Source of the DNA: Paraspadella gotoi
Lineage: Eukaryota > Animalia > Chaetognatha
DNA length: 64,000 nt
Direction: 5' to 3'
Assembly: GCA_051294375.1 (NCBI GenBank)
Contig: CM119270.1
Location: 8,357,213 to 8,421,212, forward strand
This document shows positions 36,601 to 56,956 of this stretch, piece after piece; the first letter of the stretch is position 1; every line of letters begins with the position of its first letter. A model generated the notes under the pieces. That model was not told the DNA's origin and made no database searches. It saw only the letters and a program-made list of their open reading frames with translations. The position numbers and the translations under genes are program-made.

Positions 36601-37082
36601 TCTAAGCTTTTTTGATACTTATATAAAAATAATTTGTTTGAATCAATCTAGTTTAAATAGGTCACATATTAGAAAAAATATTTTTTAAGATTTTATATTT
36701 CAATTTTAATTAACCTTGATTAAATTAAAGCTCGTTTAAACTTATTTTCTGTTAATATAATAGGTACGAGGAAGATTACGATAAATCTACCTCAAAAAAT
36801 TAACCGTTTTTGACTCATTAATTTTATTCGTATATTAAATCAAGCATTTTTACTAGTGTCGCTTGCTAGTTACTGTAAGCGTTGCTCGTTGCAAGAACAA
36901 GTAAAAACAAGTCAATTTTGATGTCGGAACGACGTCTAGGACTTGAAGGCAAACGGGAAAATGAGGGAGAGGCAAAAGTGTANNNNNNNNNNNNNNNNNN
37001 NNNNNNNNNNNNNNNNNNNNNNNNNNNNNNNNNNNNNNNNNNNNNNNNNNNNNNNNNNNNNNNNNNNNNNNNNNNNNNNNNN

Positions 37083-40000
37083 ATTCCTATATTTATAATT
37101 ACCACTGTGTCTTATTAAAAACGGGATTTCTTCAACTAACACACAGGTGCCGCCGAGGGCGCATACTCGCGGGCCTGTTTTTCGCCGTTCGTCACACTTG
37201 ATCGAAAAGAGACCAGAGTCGGTTGCGAAAAACGGGGCCTTGAAAGTCGGGCCGTCGCACTCCACCGTCGATTCTGGTCCGAACGAAAATGGAAACAGGT
37301 CAACATGGTTAAATCCAATCTTAAAAAACAATTACTGTATCTGGCCTTTTTTCAAGCTGTCTACAGCGACCAATTGCAGTTACATCCGATACTAACGTTT
37401 TAGAGGTTGAGAAATCAAGAATTATTAAAACAACTATTCATTTAATAATTTCTCCGAATGCAACTCGTTTTTCAACTTGCTCAGAGCCTCAACTGCGACC
37501 CTCAACTTAAACCCTCTCACCTTAAAACCCCCTCACCTAAAAACCCCCACACCATTAAAACACCCGTACCCAAATTCAGGAGATCAGCGCGCACCTTTCC
37601 GATCCCACCCAGATATCAGACCGTCCTGCCTGTGTCGTCCACCCCCAGTGCGTGCCATTTGCCAACGAGTTGGAGACATACTTGGTGGAAAGAGGGACCT
37701 GAGATTGCATCTGCCACCAAATCCGAGGTTGAATCTCTTCACGGCGCTATTTCGCTAGTGTCCCATTGCAGCACTGCTGGTGAGCAATCGATCCAGATCT
37801 TTTTCCGTTATATTCACTCCCGTTCTAAAAAAAAATAGTCACACTTACTCACTGTAATAACACTAAAAGTTTAGGCACTTTCAAATAGTCAGATTTACTT
37901 TTGTATAAAAGATGGTTTCGCTTGATGAATTAAGATCTCCATAAATTATATTTATTATTATTAAGAATATTAATTCATTGCTTTAACTTTTTTTATTATT
38001 TTCAAACGTCATTCATTAATCAGTCAATACCGATAAAATCATTGAGTAGCGTTGTTTGATCACACAAACTCCATTGTACCAGCATTTTCGTCTCTAATGT
38101 CCCAGATGTTCAGCGTTTCCTCAATCGTCTTTCCTTCGGTTGAAGATTTAATGATCGCATACCCTCCAGGTTACAGTGTGCGGCTGCGTGCGCTGTCCAT
38201 TCTGACCAATTAAACAAAACGAGCATCGCCTAAATACTTTCCTGTTCCTAATCCTTAATCAGGAAGAAAGGGTGGACAGTCAAACTCTCGCAAACCCCTC
38301 CCTTTTGCTCCTTCCCTTCAATCAACCAGTTCAAGCTACGATCACTTGGATCATGCTCAAGTCCTTCCGCCACGATTCCAAGCTGCGGCGCTCTCCCGAG
38401 TCTACCGTCGAGGGTCTGCGAAGTGTAAGACTCAGGAAACGAGAGGGGAAGGTTTGGAGAGGAGGGAAGTTTTTATACAGAGGTCGTGCAAGGAGTGTAC
38501 ATTTTTGCGGAGAGTTTTAAGGAACACAACAACGAAGCGGCTTATTGTAACGAGAAGATTTAACCTTGAAAAAAGTGATCATCGTAGACGTAGAAGTTAA
38601 AAAGATGGTGTAATTTTTTATCATTATTATGTCCATTCGACCAAGTTACAATTGGCACAGGTGAGAGTATTCAAAATATGCGAAATATACCAAAGTTCAA
38701 ACCCCATGAATACTATCATAGAATACATATCTGGGCGCTAATTGTTACTCTGTTTGTCTTCAGTTACGGGAGCAGATCTGTAACAATCAACTGCTCCTAA
38801 AAAGTTATATACTTGTATTTCGTAATTGATTGTCAATTTGTCTTGTTTGATAACAAATAGAATTCGTTTTCAATATTTTTCCTTCATTTTTTCTGGGTAA
38901 GTGATTACAATCACCAGAATAAATTTAGTCAAACCTCCAACACTCGAAATACGGATTGACCCCGATCATCCAAGACCGACATTTTTGTTCAAGAACCGTC
39001 GAGTCGGACCATTCTTCTGTTAGCGACTTCAACAGGCGCGAACAAGCGAAGCATTACGATTATCAAGCAACGGGTCTTGATAACATTTATAGATCTCTAA
39101 TTCCTAAATGGTGGGTAGAAAGCGATGTTAAACTTTAAACTAACAATATCAATATATTCCAGAATCAATTTTCTATATGATATGCAACGAACGTGTGATG
39201 CACCACGTTTTCGCAAGCACGACCGAGAAACGAGATTTCAATCACACGCTGAGCAACGAAGCCGCTAGCCGACGGCACGCTCGTTAGCAACCGAGAGAGC
39301 GGATGTTGCGTTCGTCGTTGTCCAAACTTTTTCGATGCGCGGTCGAACCGAGTGGTCAATTGAGCAGTTAACTTGTCGTTAGTTATTTCAGTAAAAGACA
39401 ACCGCACGCAACTCTCTTCTCCGTCTGTTCTTCTTTGCGTTCTCATCGGTCATCGGATTTTGTTATTAATATATTAAAACTTTCATTCACTTTAGTTGAT
39501 AGCTTATTGTTTTTCTTATTCCTACCATATTAACCTTCTTGTCGTCTCAAATAAGGTTACTTATCCGTAAACTTCATCAACGATTTATACAAAAGATTTC
39601 GAATTTCGTATTTTATCCAAATATTTCCTCAATCGCAATCCTCATCGTGCGGTACCTATCGTTAAACCCACATTAACCGTCCATATTACTCGCTTGCAAA
39701 AACCTAATTCTGCCTTTTCGATTTCCCTCGGTCTCTCAAATATCCCCTTGAACCTACCCCCCTGTGCCCAATCTTTCAAACACCCACCCACCACGGTTAC
39801 GTCCAAATCTCATTCCAAGATCGCCGCAACTGCTTCTCCCTTTCAGAAAACAATCGATCAAAACGGTTCTATTGATTAACATTCGGTCGACGAACATTCC
39901 TTCGTTAGCAGAAGAATCCGTTAAATTCGACACAAACGCGCATCGAGAAATAACGAAGTCTGGTTTCGAAATCGGATTATGGAGAATTAGCGTTTGATTG

Positions 40001-41216
40001 AAAAAACCGTGAACAACTGAACAGATGTTCCTATTTTTTCTCAATCTTTTTTTAAAGTTGACACTTATATGATAACTACTTTATCTGAATATAGCAATAA
40101 GTTTTAATTAGTTTTTAGAATGAAGATGAATAATTTAAATGTATATTTTTTTGCATACAGCTACTAAAGTTTCTCTTCTTAAAAAAAAAAATAGCTGCAA
40201 TAGTTTGTGACGCGGAGCTCGATTATCATAACACTAAAGTTTCCTCTTCTTAAAAATAATACTGCTGCGATAGTGTAAAAATATAACGACCGATTTTTAT
40301 AAAATGTTAGAAAAGGCCAACATGACGTAAAACAACCTTTGCGGGGAATACCAGGTGACTAACGGGCGAGCCAGACAATCGAGAATACGAACTGATAGTA
40401 AATCAAAGACTTCTCTGCGAAAAGTCAAGAAGGTAGTGAGTATTAAATTACCAGAAGTGAAAAAACTTTTTTCTTTATTTTTTTTTCTTTTTTTAATACA
40501 GGGCGAAATTCTAATAAAAAAATAGGACGCGCTGACAATAAATTACGGACAACAATGCGACAGAATCGAGAGGAGGACGCTGACTTAAACAAGAGTAATA
40601 ATAAAACAATACACAAAAATGTTTGCCACGTGCGTTTGAAAGAGAAAAACAGAAAAGAAGAATATGAAAGAAAAATTCTAAATCAAGAGTATGAAAGGCA
40701 GAAAAAACGGCAGAGGAGGGTTGTTTCGCCAATGTTCATTATAGGTATAAGAAAAGTAATTAAAAAAACACATGTGAATCTATCCCAACGAAAAAATACA
40801 AAGAAACAGAATTAATATAACAAACTCAGAACGTAACTCTCCTCTCGATCATCCAGACAAGTTGACCCCGGCGATAATCTGAAGTGAATCTGCGCGGGGC
40901 CGGCCGATTTTTTTGGTTGGATCTTTATACGCTTCCTCCTTCTCTGAGCAAAGCGAGCCGATCCCGCACAAGAGCGGATGCGTCCAGAAAGATGGCGCAC
41001 TGCATCGAACGACCGTTTTTTGATCCATTACGCCCGACTTTTCAACTGGCTATTCTATTAAGTCGGGGAAAGGAACTATTTTCTGATTTTTTTGGAACCA
41101 GCAACGCGAACGCATTCTTTAACGACCTAACACTCAATGGGATAACTATAACACACCCTTGACTTGGCCGAGCAATATGCTATCATAGATGGCGTCCCCC
41201 CCGAACCACCTTACAC
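37083..41216 (+). repeat. Indel-rich duplicate of 59047-62564 (nuclear receptor 3' exons plus acyl-CoA synthetase exon 1)
   Basis: Colinear throughout but about 600 bp longer because of scattered 1-2 bp insertions, as in an uncorrected long read. Reading frames are broken. Confidence 0.9.
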
Positions 41217-42234
41217 GAAAATCTAAAAATTAACCAAACCTTTCGATGCATGATAAAATATATTCTTCGTGCTTGGACAAGACTTCTTCGGCCATAACAA
41301 TAGAAGCTGTAAAATAAAATATAATCAACAAAAGTTTTGAGGAAATTCCAGAAAAATCAAGAGTTGAGATCGGATCGACTTTTAAACAGGACGGGGAAAA
41401 AAATAAATAAAAGGCGAAAGCGACTTTTACAATGACGCAAAATATCATTTCGTTTATAAAGTGCAAAATAAAAATTTTGGAAACTCGGAAATTAACGTAT
41501 AACTTACCTTTTTCCGTAATTAGGTCAGAACTTTGATCTTTTATCACCTCCGGCCTGTGACCGTTTGCTTCTTTTCTTCTTGTTGAAGTAAAAGAGTAAA
41601 ATCAGTTTGAAAGTTTCAATTAGTTTCAATTAACTTTATTTATAAAATGTTAAATAATTTTTTTTTTCAACGAAAACATAAGAATTGCCGATAGTGGCTG
41701 CTCGTGATTCTTTGCTGTTGGCACCCGGTAACAAACACGGCGAGAGAGAACGAAAAAACAAGAGAGAGAAAGAGAGAGNNNNNNNNNNNNNNNNNNNNNN
41801 NNNNNNNNNNNNNNNNNNNNNNNNNNNNNNNNNNNNNNNNNNNNNNNNNNNNNNNNNNNNNNNNNNNNNNNNNNNNNNNNNNNNNNNNNNNNNNNNNNNN
41901 NNNNNNNNNNNNNNNNNNNNNNNNNNNNNNNNGAGAGAGAGAGAGGCAGTCGACGCCACCGAAAACTATGAACCCGATACCGAAGAAAAACAACAAAACG
42001 AGGGAATTTGTCCCCGCGATTCTCGGGTCAAAATCACAAAATCTCACGAGAAACCACGTGACCCCGAAACCTCGTGACCCGAAAAACACGTGACCTCAAT
42101 CACCGAGCTCTGATGATCACCTGACTCTCAAACGCGGAGAACCAAGGATCACATGATCGCGAATTGCCTTGTTCAGTGATCACCGCACCCCCCTTCCCAT
42201 AAAAAAAGCCTTTTTTCAGTCGCTTTCTCTCTCT
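41217..42234 (-). repeat. Inverted duplicate of 58090-59046 containing two clean nuclear-receptor exons
   Basis: Reverse complement match. Track ORF 41230..41547 carries IKDQSSDLITEK and ASIVMAEEVLSKHEEYILSCIER. Confidence 0.9.
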
Positions 42235-43067
42235 NNNNNNNNNNNNNNNNNNNNNNNNNNNNNNNNNNNNNNNNNNNNNNNNNNNNNNNNNNNNNNNNNN
42301 NNNNNNNNNNNNNNNNNNNNNNNNNNNNNNNNNNTTTAAATAAAAAAAAACCTGTTTCACTAATTTCTTATGATATTTTTTTATATTAAATGTAAATGCA
42401 AGATGTATTAATAAATCAAATATTTAATCAGTTAATTAATCATTAGTAAATTAATCAATCAGTCAATTAACCAATCAGTTATATAATCAATTAAATAAAT
42501 ATTCAATCAATCAATTTATTTATCAATTAATTAATTATTCAATCAATCAAACAATCAATCAAGTAAGTCAATCAATTAATCATTTTTGGAGTCATTGTCG
42601 TCGTCATCATCATCATATTTGCTTTTGTCGTGGTCAGTGACGAAAAAACCTATAAATCAACATGTTTGAGAAAACAATGTCGGATCAAATTAATTAATTG
42701 ACTAATTAATTAATTACCGCTAATGATCAGCAGATCCCGACTCTATAATAGACGGAACAGTTTGAAAACTATAAGTTCTCTCAAATAAATAATGATTAAG
42801 TGATTGTTAGAGAATATGAAAATAAAAATAATTTTTAATATTTTGCTTATTGATAAGCGCACGGATCCATTTAAAGATTATTTTATTACTATATAAAGTT
42901 AAATTTTTTTTTGGAATTTTTCAATTTTTTTTAATAGATTCTGATAGAGCATTAAAAGTTAGATAAAGGTTATTAATATAACTTTTTAAAATTTTTTTTG
43001 TTTTATTAATGAAAATTAAAAAAAAAAATTCAGCCAATGATGATGATGATGATGATTTTTTAAGGTT

Positions 43068-43530
43068 TTTAGTCGGATCTGCATATCGCAGATTCCGACT
43101 TTATAATTCAATTTGTCGGTCCGTCTGTCCACCACCCCAATCTTGTTGGTCATTCACTTAGATCATCTCAGAACCTCAAATTATGATAAATTATGCAAAA
43201 AAATGGTGTCCGTCCGTCAGTCCGTCCCACCTTAGCAAAAAACTCCAATTACTCGTGATTGGATGGTTTGATTGGAATGAAATTTTGTGTGTGGGTATGA
43301 AAGTGTGTGATTGAGCTATATATAAAGATTTGTTTGAATCGTGCGAGGGGAAATGAGTTTAAATGGAAAAAACAAAAGTCATATTTACTTGAAGTATTTT
43401 TACTTATATTTACTTATAATTATTATATTTTTTAAAAATTGGATAGATAAATTGAATTTAAATTTTTTGTGTGGGTAGGAAAGTATGCAATTTAGCTGGA
43501 AATACATTTTTGATGGAATCGTAGGATCAA
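43068..43530 (+). mobile_element. HINE/DINE-like element, second subfamily
   Basis: T-run plus hairpin agtcggatctgcatatcgcagattccgact, followed by gtcc/gtct repeats and two aaatttt(tt)gtgtgtgggta blocks. The right boundary is approximate. Confidence 0.5.
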
Positions 43531-46324
43531 CTCTTTTCTATTCTTTTCCTGTACTGAAAGATTTTGTGACCTCGCGTCCGGTCATTTTTCCCTGATCATT
43601 TAGTTGACCTTTTCAGACCTGTAAAGAGATGTCGTACGCGTGCGATACTTGGCGTCGTGAAGTAAACACTGATCTTTTGTTAGAAGCTATGTGTTAGAGA
43701 AAATCAGTACTGTTATTGGAACGCCAGGGATCGCCCACTGCTAACAGAAGAACATCGATTTTTCTACACTCCCCGGATGATGCTCACTAAGTATGAGATT
43801 AGAAATGATTGTGAGGAATTAATTATTTGAAATGATAATTAATTGTTTAAAGGTTTTTAACTCATCAATTGGCAATTACATCTTCAATTACGTTATCAAC
43901 TCGGCGTTTTGGAGATATTTTTCAGCTGAGGCTAACTAATGACAGTACTAAATAAGACCAGTCTTTTTCACCGTTATAGTCTCGCTTTCTTTTAGTTTTC
44001 TTTTAGCCAAAAACCTATCACTTGTCATTCAATCACATCTATAATTCGTTATCTGAAAAGATTGGCTGTATGGAACCGTAGTTTTTATGGAATCCAAGGA
44101 TTTTCTACTTGAATTTATAGTACTGAAGAGAAGAAAGAAACTGACTACTGAACTGTCACTAGCAAGTTTTTTTTTTTTGCAATTATCAAACTGAATAAAT
44201 GATAGAAAGAATTGAACTACCATGATGAAATAACATTTTCGCGGTTTGGGAAAGTCGTTTAATTTCATTGTCAAATATATTTTTTGGCCGGTAAATAGGT
44301 TTTAATATGAAATATGACTCCCTAGGACTGAATAAAAAGATTATTTCTCAACAGCATAACATTATTTAATGCGTACAAATACTTTCCAAAAGAGGTCTCC
44401 AACTGTTTTCACTCTTTTTGATCAAGAGGTCTACTCACATTATTGTTAATATTATATCTCTGACATAATATTTTTTATCAGATTTAGGGCAAAAATGGTC
44501 CTTGGCAAGCAGTGAAAAAGATTGATAAAGTAAACCAGGCTTGAGTTGTTGTTGCATAATGTGATGATGCATTGTCTTTCATTTCAACAAAATCTTTATT
44601 TTTTTTGGACTTGTTTGATATTTGTTCTGATAATACATCCAGAGGTAAATAAAAATGATAACTTTGCTCATGGAAAGTTACCAGAGCATTATAACTTTAT
44701 TTGATATTTACAATATAAAAAGAATATTCTGGAGCATCAACAGCGTTAATGTATTTTTTAATGCCGCTATTTTTTGACATATGAATTAAGATTCATCCCT
44801 GAATCTATCCTAATAGAGCTGATGCAATAACTATTTGACCTGAGACTGAAAAAGGCAGGGATTTTTTAATAGTAACGGTTTAACTTAAGAAGTAATAAAA
44901 AAGAACCGGAAATTACTATAAATGAAAAGTGTAGACATTAAAAAGATAAAAAGAATGAAGCATTTTTTGGACACTCATTTTCTTTTGCATGGAACTCTTG
45001 TATTTTTTGTCGTACATAAATGAGACACAGCTCATATGAATCACAAAAGACCAAAGATTCTCGATATGTAAGTTTTATTTTTCGATTCTTACATTAAAAT
45101 GCCGAAAAATAGCGGGAAAGTAACCGCGACAATTTTTTTTTCATCATGGTAAGCTGCGATATAAGCGTCTCCGCCAACAAGATCAAGAAAATGAATGACT
45201 GAGTTGCAGATTCTGCTTTACTGCTGCAACTAGAATACGATAAAACCATTTTTTAGTATTATAAAAAATATAGATGCATATCTTTGTTCGTGCCAAGTGA
45301 TATCATTAAATTATTACTATATCAGTTTTTATAAAGGTTTAAAAATGACCAATTTTCGTCATTTTTCAAAGATTCTAGGTCCTATAAATTAAAAACGGCT
45401 TAACTTTTAGAAAAAATAAAATTATATCGTGAATCAGCTAATCAGGGGCTACATATTGCAATAAAAATATAATTTATTTTATTATTTACAATAAAGTACT
45501 TTTTAGATCAATATTTAAAAATTATTTTTTTTAGCATCATTATATTAAAACCTTAAACATGATTTTTTTAAAATGTTCATGAAGTTTACTATCTAGTAGT
45601 ATAATGTTTTTAAAAAATATCAATGAATAAAAACAATTAAGGTATAATCGTAAAATTCACTACTTTATGCAAATTAAAACTTTATTATCCAAAGGTTGTT
45701 TTGATATTTTATCAGCATTAGAGCAACCATAAGGGATCTTATATGTATAAAATAAAGTCAATCTATGCTGTAATTTAAGCATGAGACACAATTAAAATTT
45801 CGTTCAAAAAAGATGCCTTCTGCCAAATTTTTTTTAGAAGTACTCCAAAACCTTATGGGCAACAAACCTAACTGTGCTCCATCTTTACGGCATTTTAAGC
45901 TCATTTTAAGTCATGACGCAAGAGTTATCAGACCCCTGAACTTGTGTAGCTTTTCCAAGACGCCGCCCGTATAATTCTAGGTTACGAATTAACGTTTATT
46001 TTTGATTAAAAAGCTCGAATTTGCTTCTCATCTTTTTTCGCTTATTACAGACCCAAAATAAAATCAATTATCAAGAAAGTTCATAGAAAATGTATGCGTT
46101 TTGTTTTTATAAATATTTTTTTTAAATTTTAAAATTTTTTATAGCAGCGGGTTTCAAATGGTCACGATATAGATTTGCTAACGTAAAAGATCGGCAATTT
46201 GATTGGACTATGAATATACTGATTTTTCGTTTCGCATATAATTACGCGATGAATAACCTTGTCCAAATAATAACAGAAACATCCAAGAGCGACTGAATAA
46301 ATTTATTTTTAATCGGTCAGGCTA

Positions 46325-52040
<5,716 letters not shown>

Positions 52041-52065
52041 NNNNNNNNNNNNNNNNNNNNNNNNN

Positions 52066-52100
<35 letters not shown>

Positions 52101-53289
52101 AACCCCTCTATGCATATCCACATTATTTATCTTATTTTACCTCCAATTTTTCCATGATGAAATTCACGAAATGACAAAAGCGCAATAGACTAATCGCTAA
52201 AAAATGATAAATACGTAAAATTAAATTCACAACAAATGATCCGAGGCAAAAAAGAAAGTAAACAAGGTCGTTGTATCAAGCCTTCAATACGTGGCCGAGG
52301 CTTGTTTCTTTTTTTATTTCATTCTTTCTTTCTCTGGCTAAAAAGACAAAGACAAAGACAAAAGCCAAAGAAAAAAAAATAAATAAAGATCCATCGTGGA
52401 TCGTTCTGTTTCGGTTTTAAGGTTTCGCCTGAAGGAACACGACTTTTTTTTTCAGAAATCCCTTTAGAAAACAGGAGGAACCAAGAGGAGGCTGGATTGC
52501 GCGAGTGTAATCGCATGTGCAACTGCAATGGAACTAAGTGCTGGAAGATTATACGGGAGTTGAGCAGGTGGTTGGAATGCTATAATTAGCGGCGCGGAAA
52601 AAGCCGATTACCCGCCGAGGGGATGACAAAATTAGACTTGATGCAATTATTAACAAGAAATGGGAACGTAATCTGTTTGGCTAAAAAGTAACCGAAGAAT
52701 ATACTCTTTTATCAGAAGTAAAAAAACCATATTACTTCAATATCTATTCATTATTTATACATTTTTCATTTGTTTTGGGTTTTTTATCCCTTTTATGAAG
52801 TCAGGCATATTGTGCTGTTTCAATGACACTCACAGTGTCATTGAAAAATAAATAAAGCATTTTTTTAAAACTTCTCCACCAAATAGAATCGGAAAGAAAT
52901 GTGATTTATAATCTTAAAGTCTCGTGCTATCTTTTAACTGTTATTCAGAAGATTAGAGTACAAAATTTTTTTTTAATAAATAATTAATTATAATTATCTA
53001 TCTCCATGTACCCTGTTTATACCTCCTCTCTTGTTTCCTTCCTTTCTCTCTCTCTCTCTCTCTCTTTCCCCGCACGCATCTTTCTGGCCCCGAATTCACA
53101 ACAACAAACAACATCGGCCTCGAGGTCAGATCGGATCCCCTGCGGATCATTAAGGGCAAAAGTAGAGCGTTTGTTGTCCGCGAGAGGGCATTGGTTGTTT
53201 TCGTCGCTGTACGCTGGCTAAATCGGGTAAGTCGATCGCAGATAACCGAAATAGGGACCTTTCTTCATTGACGTTGGAAAACGACGTAT

Positions 53290-53327
<38 letters not shown>

Positions 53328-54901
53328 CCAACCGAATTAACCCGGACGATGGTCAGTTGAAGAGAGAGTTTGTTATTGTTTTTTTTTTTGTTGTTGTTGT
53401 TGTAGGCAATATCTACTTTTGCTATGGGAGGTTTTGAGCCTAGAAAAGGAAACCGCATGATAGTTTGAAGAAGCTCCGAGGAAACTGAGCTTTATCGGAA
53501 AACCGAGATAGCTTTTTCTTTTTTTAAAAAATGTTAACTTTCTCTCAAGAGTCAATTGAAATAATTTGAAAGAAAATATGTAATATGATATAAATTCAAT
53601 TATAAGTATGAGAATAGTCAATATGACTTAAAGGAATGATGATTAGGGCTAAAGTAGTGGGTTTTTTTTTTAACAGCTGAAGATGATTGATGTTGACGAC
53701 TTACTAGATGCAGACGACAGTAACGAGTAAAAAAGAACTGAAAGTAGGTCGGAGAGAAAGAAGCATCCGAGTACCAAGGTCGTATATAAAATATCACCGA
53801 TCAAATACGAATATAATCCTTTTTTTTTAATATGGTATCGGTTCTACAGTATCCTCCTATTTAGATACGAAAAGGCGTTACGCAATAAAAAGCATCGGAG
53901 CGTCGACGGAGGAGAAAATGGTGACGCATGCGCAGATCAAATTCTTCTTTTTCTTTTGCGATTTTTCTCTTTTTTTTTTCTCTTTTTTTTTCGGGCGACT
54001 GCGCCGAAGTCACCATTGCACGTACCATTTCAAACCGAAATTAATATTTCTTTATATATATCACAGAATACATTTTACAACTTTAATCCTTTTTCTTAGT
54101 TTTAATATTATTTTCACTCTCCAGCTTCTTTCTAAAACTTGGTATGTTCATTTCAATTAATATTCATAGTTCTTACATCCAAAAAGGAATTGGCCGCTCG
54201 GGCGATTTCGAAAGTAAAAAGGTGAGAAGGAAAGGAAGCAGTAAAGTTAATGTTTTGGGAAAAGAAGAAACATAAATGGAGGGTGAAGAAGATGAGGTAG
54301 CAAATACTAGGACAGAGATGGTACGGGTGGTCTTTAGGGCTGGTGGTGGTGGTGGTTGTAGTGGTGGTCTTAACTTACAAAATATTAAAGTTTACAGAAC
54401 TTTGGTTTCTATGTACAATCGAAGAAAGAGAGAAAACAATTAACCCAAATCTTTAAATCAAGAATTGAGATCAATTAGTACGTAGTTTAATCACAATAGT
54501 ACGTCTTTTAAAATTTTAAAAATAAATGTATTTATGTTTACTACTTAAAAGAAAATGAAATATTTTTGATAATATTTTTTGCTTAAAAACTTATAAAACT
54601 TCATAAAAATTATCAAAACAACGAATTCATGCGTTTGTCCTTAACAAAAAAAAACATACAAAAAAAAAAAACACACACAAAATTAAGGAACTTTTTTAAA
54701 ATCGAGAACTACGAATTATAACTGTATAATTGGATCAGTTTCTCTCCTGTTTACGCGGAGATCTGTTTTGAAGTTTATACGCCACGACGCTGTTGATATC
54801 TCGCCAAAGGTTCCCTGGGGGTAAAACCCAAGTTTTCGGTGTCTGGGGAAAGATTGAAGGGTTAAAAACGATTTGTGTGCCGTCAGCTAAAAATGGAACC
54901 G

Positions 54902-54973
<72 letters not shown>

Positions 54974-55990
54974 ATAAATGTTCTCAGTGGTTAAGACTGT
55001 TTTTCCACGAATGCGTTTTCTTTCGCTCCTTCCTTACTTTCTCTCTCCTTTTTCCTAGATTTTCTCCCTTATATTTATCTCCCCCCCTCCTCTCTCTCTC
55101 TTCCCTTTTCCATCATCGTGGCCATGAATAATCGAAACGGCCTATGGGTTTGAGCTCCCGTTATCTTAACCCTATTTCGGCTCAGACTTTGAAAAATATT
55201 CGATAACATCGACGAACAGAAGTGATAATGGAAAAAATGCTTGGAGAAAGGGATAAGGAAGAAAGGAAGGAAAGAAGATTAAAGGAGACAAAGAAAATGG
55301 GTTTAAAGATTTTTAAATTCATAATTAAAATCATATTTAATAATTTCGGTTTAATTTCAGTTAGGGAGAGTAGGGAAGCAAACTTGCTCTAGAGTCTAGG
55401 GAGCCAGAAGAGAGAGCAATCCCAGGTCTGAGAGCACGAACCTCTCTCTCTCTCTCTCTCACTCTCTCTCTCTGATCAGCTGATTTCTCAGCTACAGCAC
55501 TGGTTCTGCTGGCTGCTGCTGCCAGCTGCCGCTCTCGCCCGGGGATGTTCGCAGCTTGTGCAGAAGGCTGCTGCTGACAAGCTCCGCCTTCAATCCGCGG
55601 CGCCGTTAGTCGGCTTGAAAGGCTGCGAACGCTGTACTTATTTGGCCTCCGTTGCAGCTGCAAGGATGAGGAGGCAAAGAAGAAGAAGAGAAATTGGTAA
55701 CGAAAAAGGCCAATTTGAAGAAAAAAAAAAAAGGAAAGATTTAATGAAAAAGGCGAAAAAAAGAAATGAAGAGAAACAGAAAGAAATAAATAAACAATGT
55801 AGTGAAAAGGTTAGTAGGAATGCATGAATGGAAGAGGAGAATAGAAAAAAAATTTTAAAAATGAAGAAAGAAAGAAATAAAGAAAATGAAAGAAAGAGAA
55901 CTAAAGAAAGAAAAAGAATTACAGAAAGAAAAAGAAAGAACGAAGAAAGAAAGAAAGAAAGAACGAAAGAAAGAAAGAACGAAAGAATGA

Positions 55991-56058
<68 letters not shown>

Positions 56059-56388
56059 AAAAGAAAGTAAGAAAGAAAGAAAGATTAAATGGAAAACAAA
56101 AAAAGAAAGAGTAAAAGTGAGCGAGAGAGTTCTGAAGAGCCAACGAAGGATTTTGCCGGAAAATCGATTGTTCGCAGTCTCAGTGTCCCAGGGTCAAAAG
56201 GGGAGGGATGGGGAAGACCCCGGATGTAATAGGAACGAGCGAAAAGGGTGCGGAGGGAGTTTTAGGGGGAAGAGGAAAGGAGAGGGAGTGGGATTGAGAA
56301 AGAGAGAGAGAGAGAGAGGGATAGAGAGGGAGGTAAAGTGATACGCCTCATAAGATAAAAAATTGCTAAGAAACAATACGTACGGTTC

Positions 56389-56447
<59 letters not shown>

Positions 56448-56956
56448 TTCTCTCAGTCTCACAGATAATTAACTATAAATTTTAACTAATTTTACGCTAA
56501 AAATAGATTAGGAAACTTTTTAATCCAGAGCAAATAACATCCCCTACATGTATCACGCTATATTATTCTTGTTACCCATCCCTAACTTTTTTGTTGAAAT
56601 CCTTACCTTCGCCCGCCATCAGACCCCCGCTGTGATGATAGGATCCGACCAAAACGATTTCGTTGTTTGCGTTTTCGTTAATCCGGTGAGATTTTCGCTA
56701 TCGTCGTTCACATCGTCGTCGTCGTCGTCGTCCTCGAGGATTTTTTTTTCCTTATTTGGAGCTCCGACGTTCTGCAAATTGATGTTACCAAAAATAGGTT
56801 CGTAAATGTTTGAAGGCGAATTGTTAAGCATTTAGTGAAATAAGCGTTATTCTCCTTACTTTAAAGTTAGAAGATAGGGACTTTTTTTTCAACTACCAAG
56901 TGTAGTGTTAAATTCAAAATTGTAAACATAAACATTTCTGTTTTTAATTTAAAATC

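Noticed and set aside
37147-38435. A second, pseudogenised NR paralogue
   Set aside because: Indels are evenly scattered and insertion-biased as in raw long reads; better explained as an assembly artefact.
53135-53155. cctgcggatcatta resembling the 18S rRNA 3' end
   Set aside because: Short chance match with no flanking rRNA sequence.
53677-53750. IDVDDLLDADDS resembling PPP1R14 (CPI-17/PHI-1)
   Set aside because: Short acidic match followed by a stop; no upstream TVKYDR exon found.
55545-55580. AACAEGCC as an NR P-box (CEGCKG)
   Set aside because: Wrong spacing, immediate stop, no first CxxC or FFRR.
56622-56686. PRCDDRIRPKRFRCLRFR as a degenerate second zinc finger
   Set aside because: Only two Cys and an in-frame stop; not supportable.
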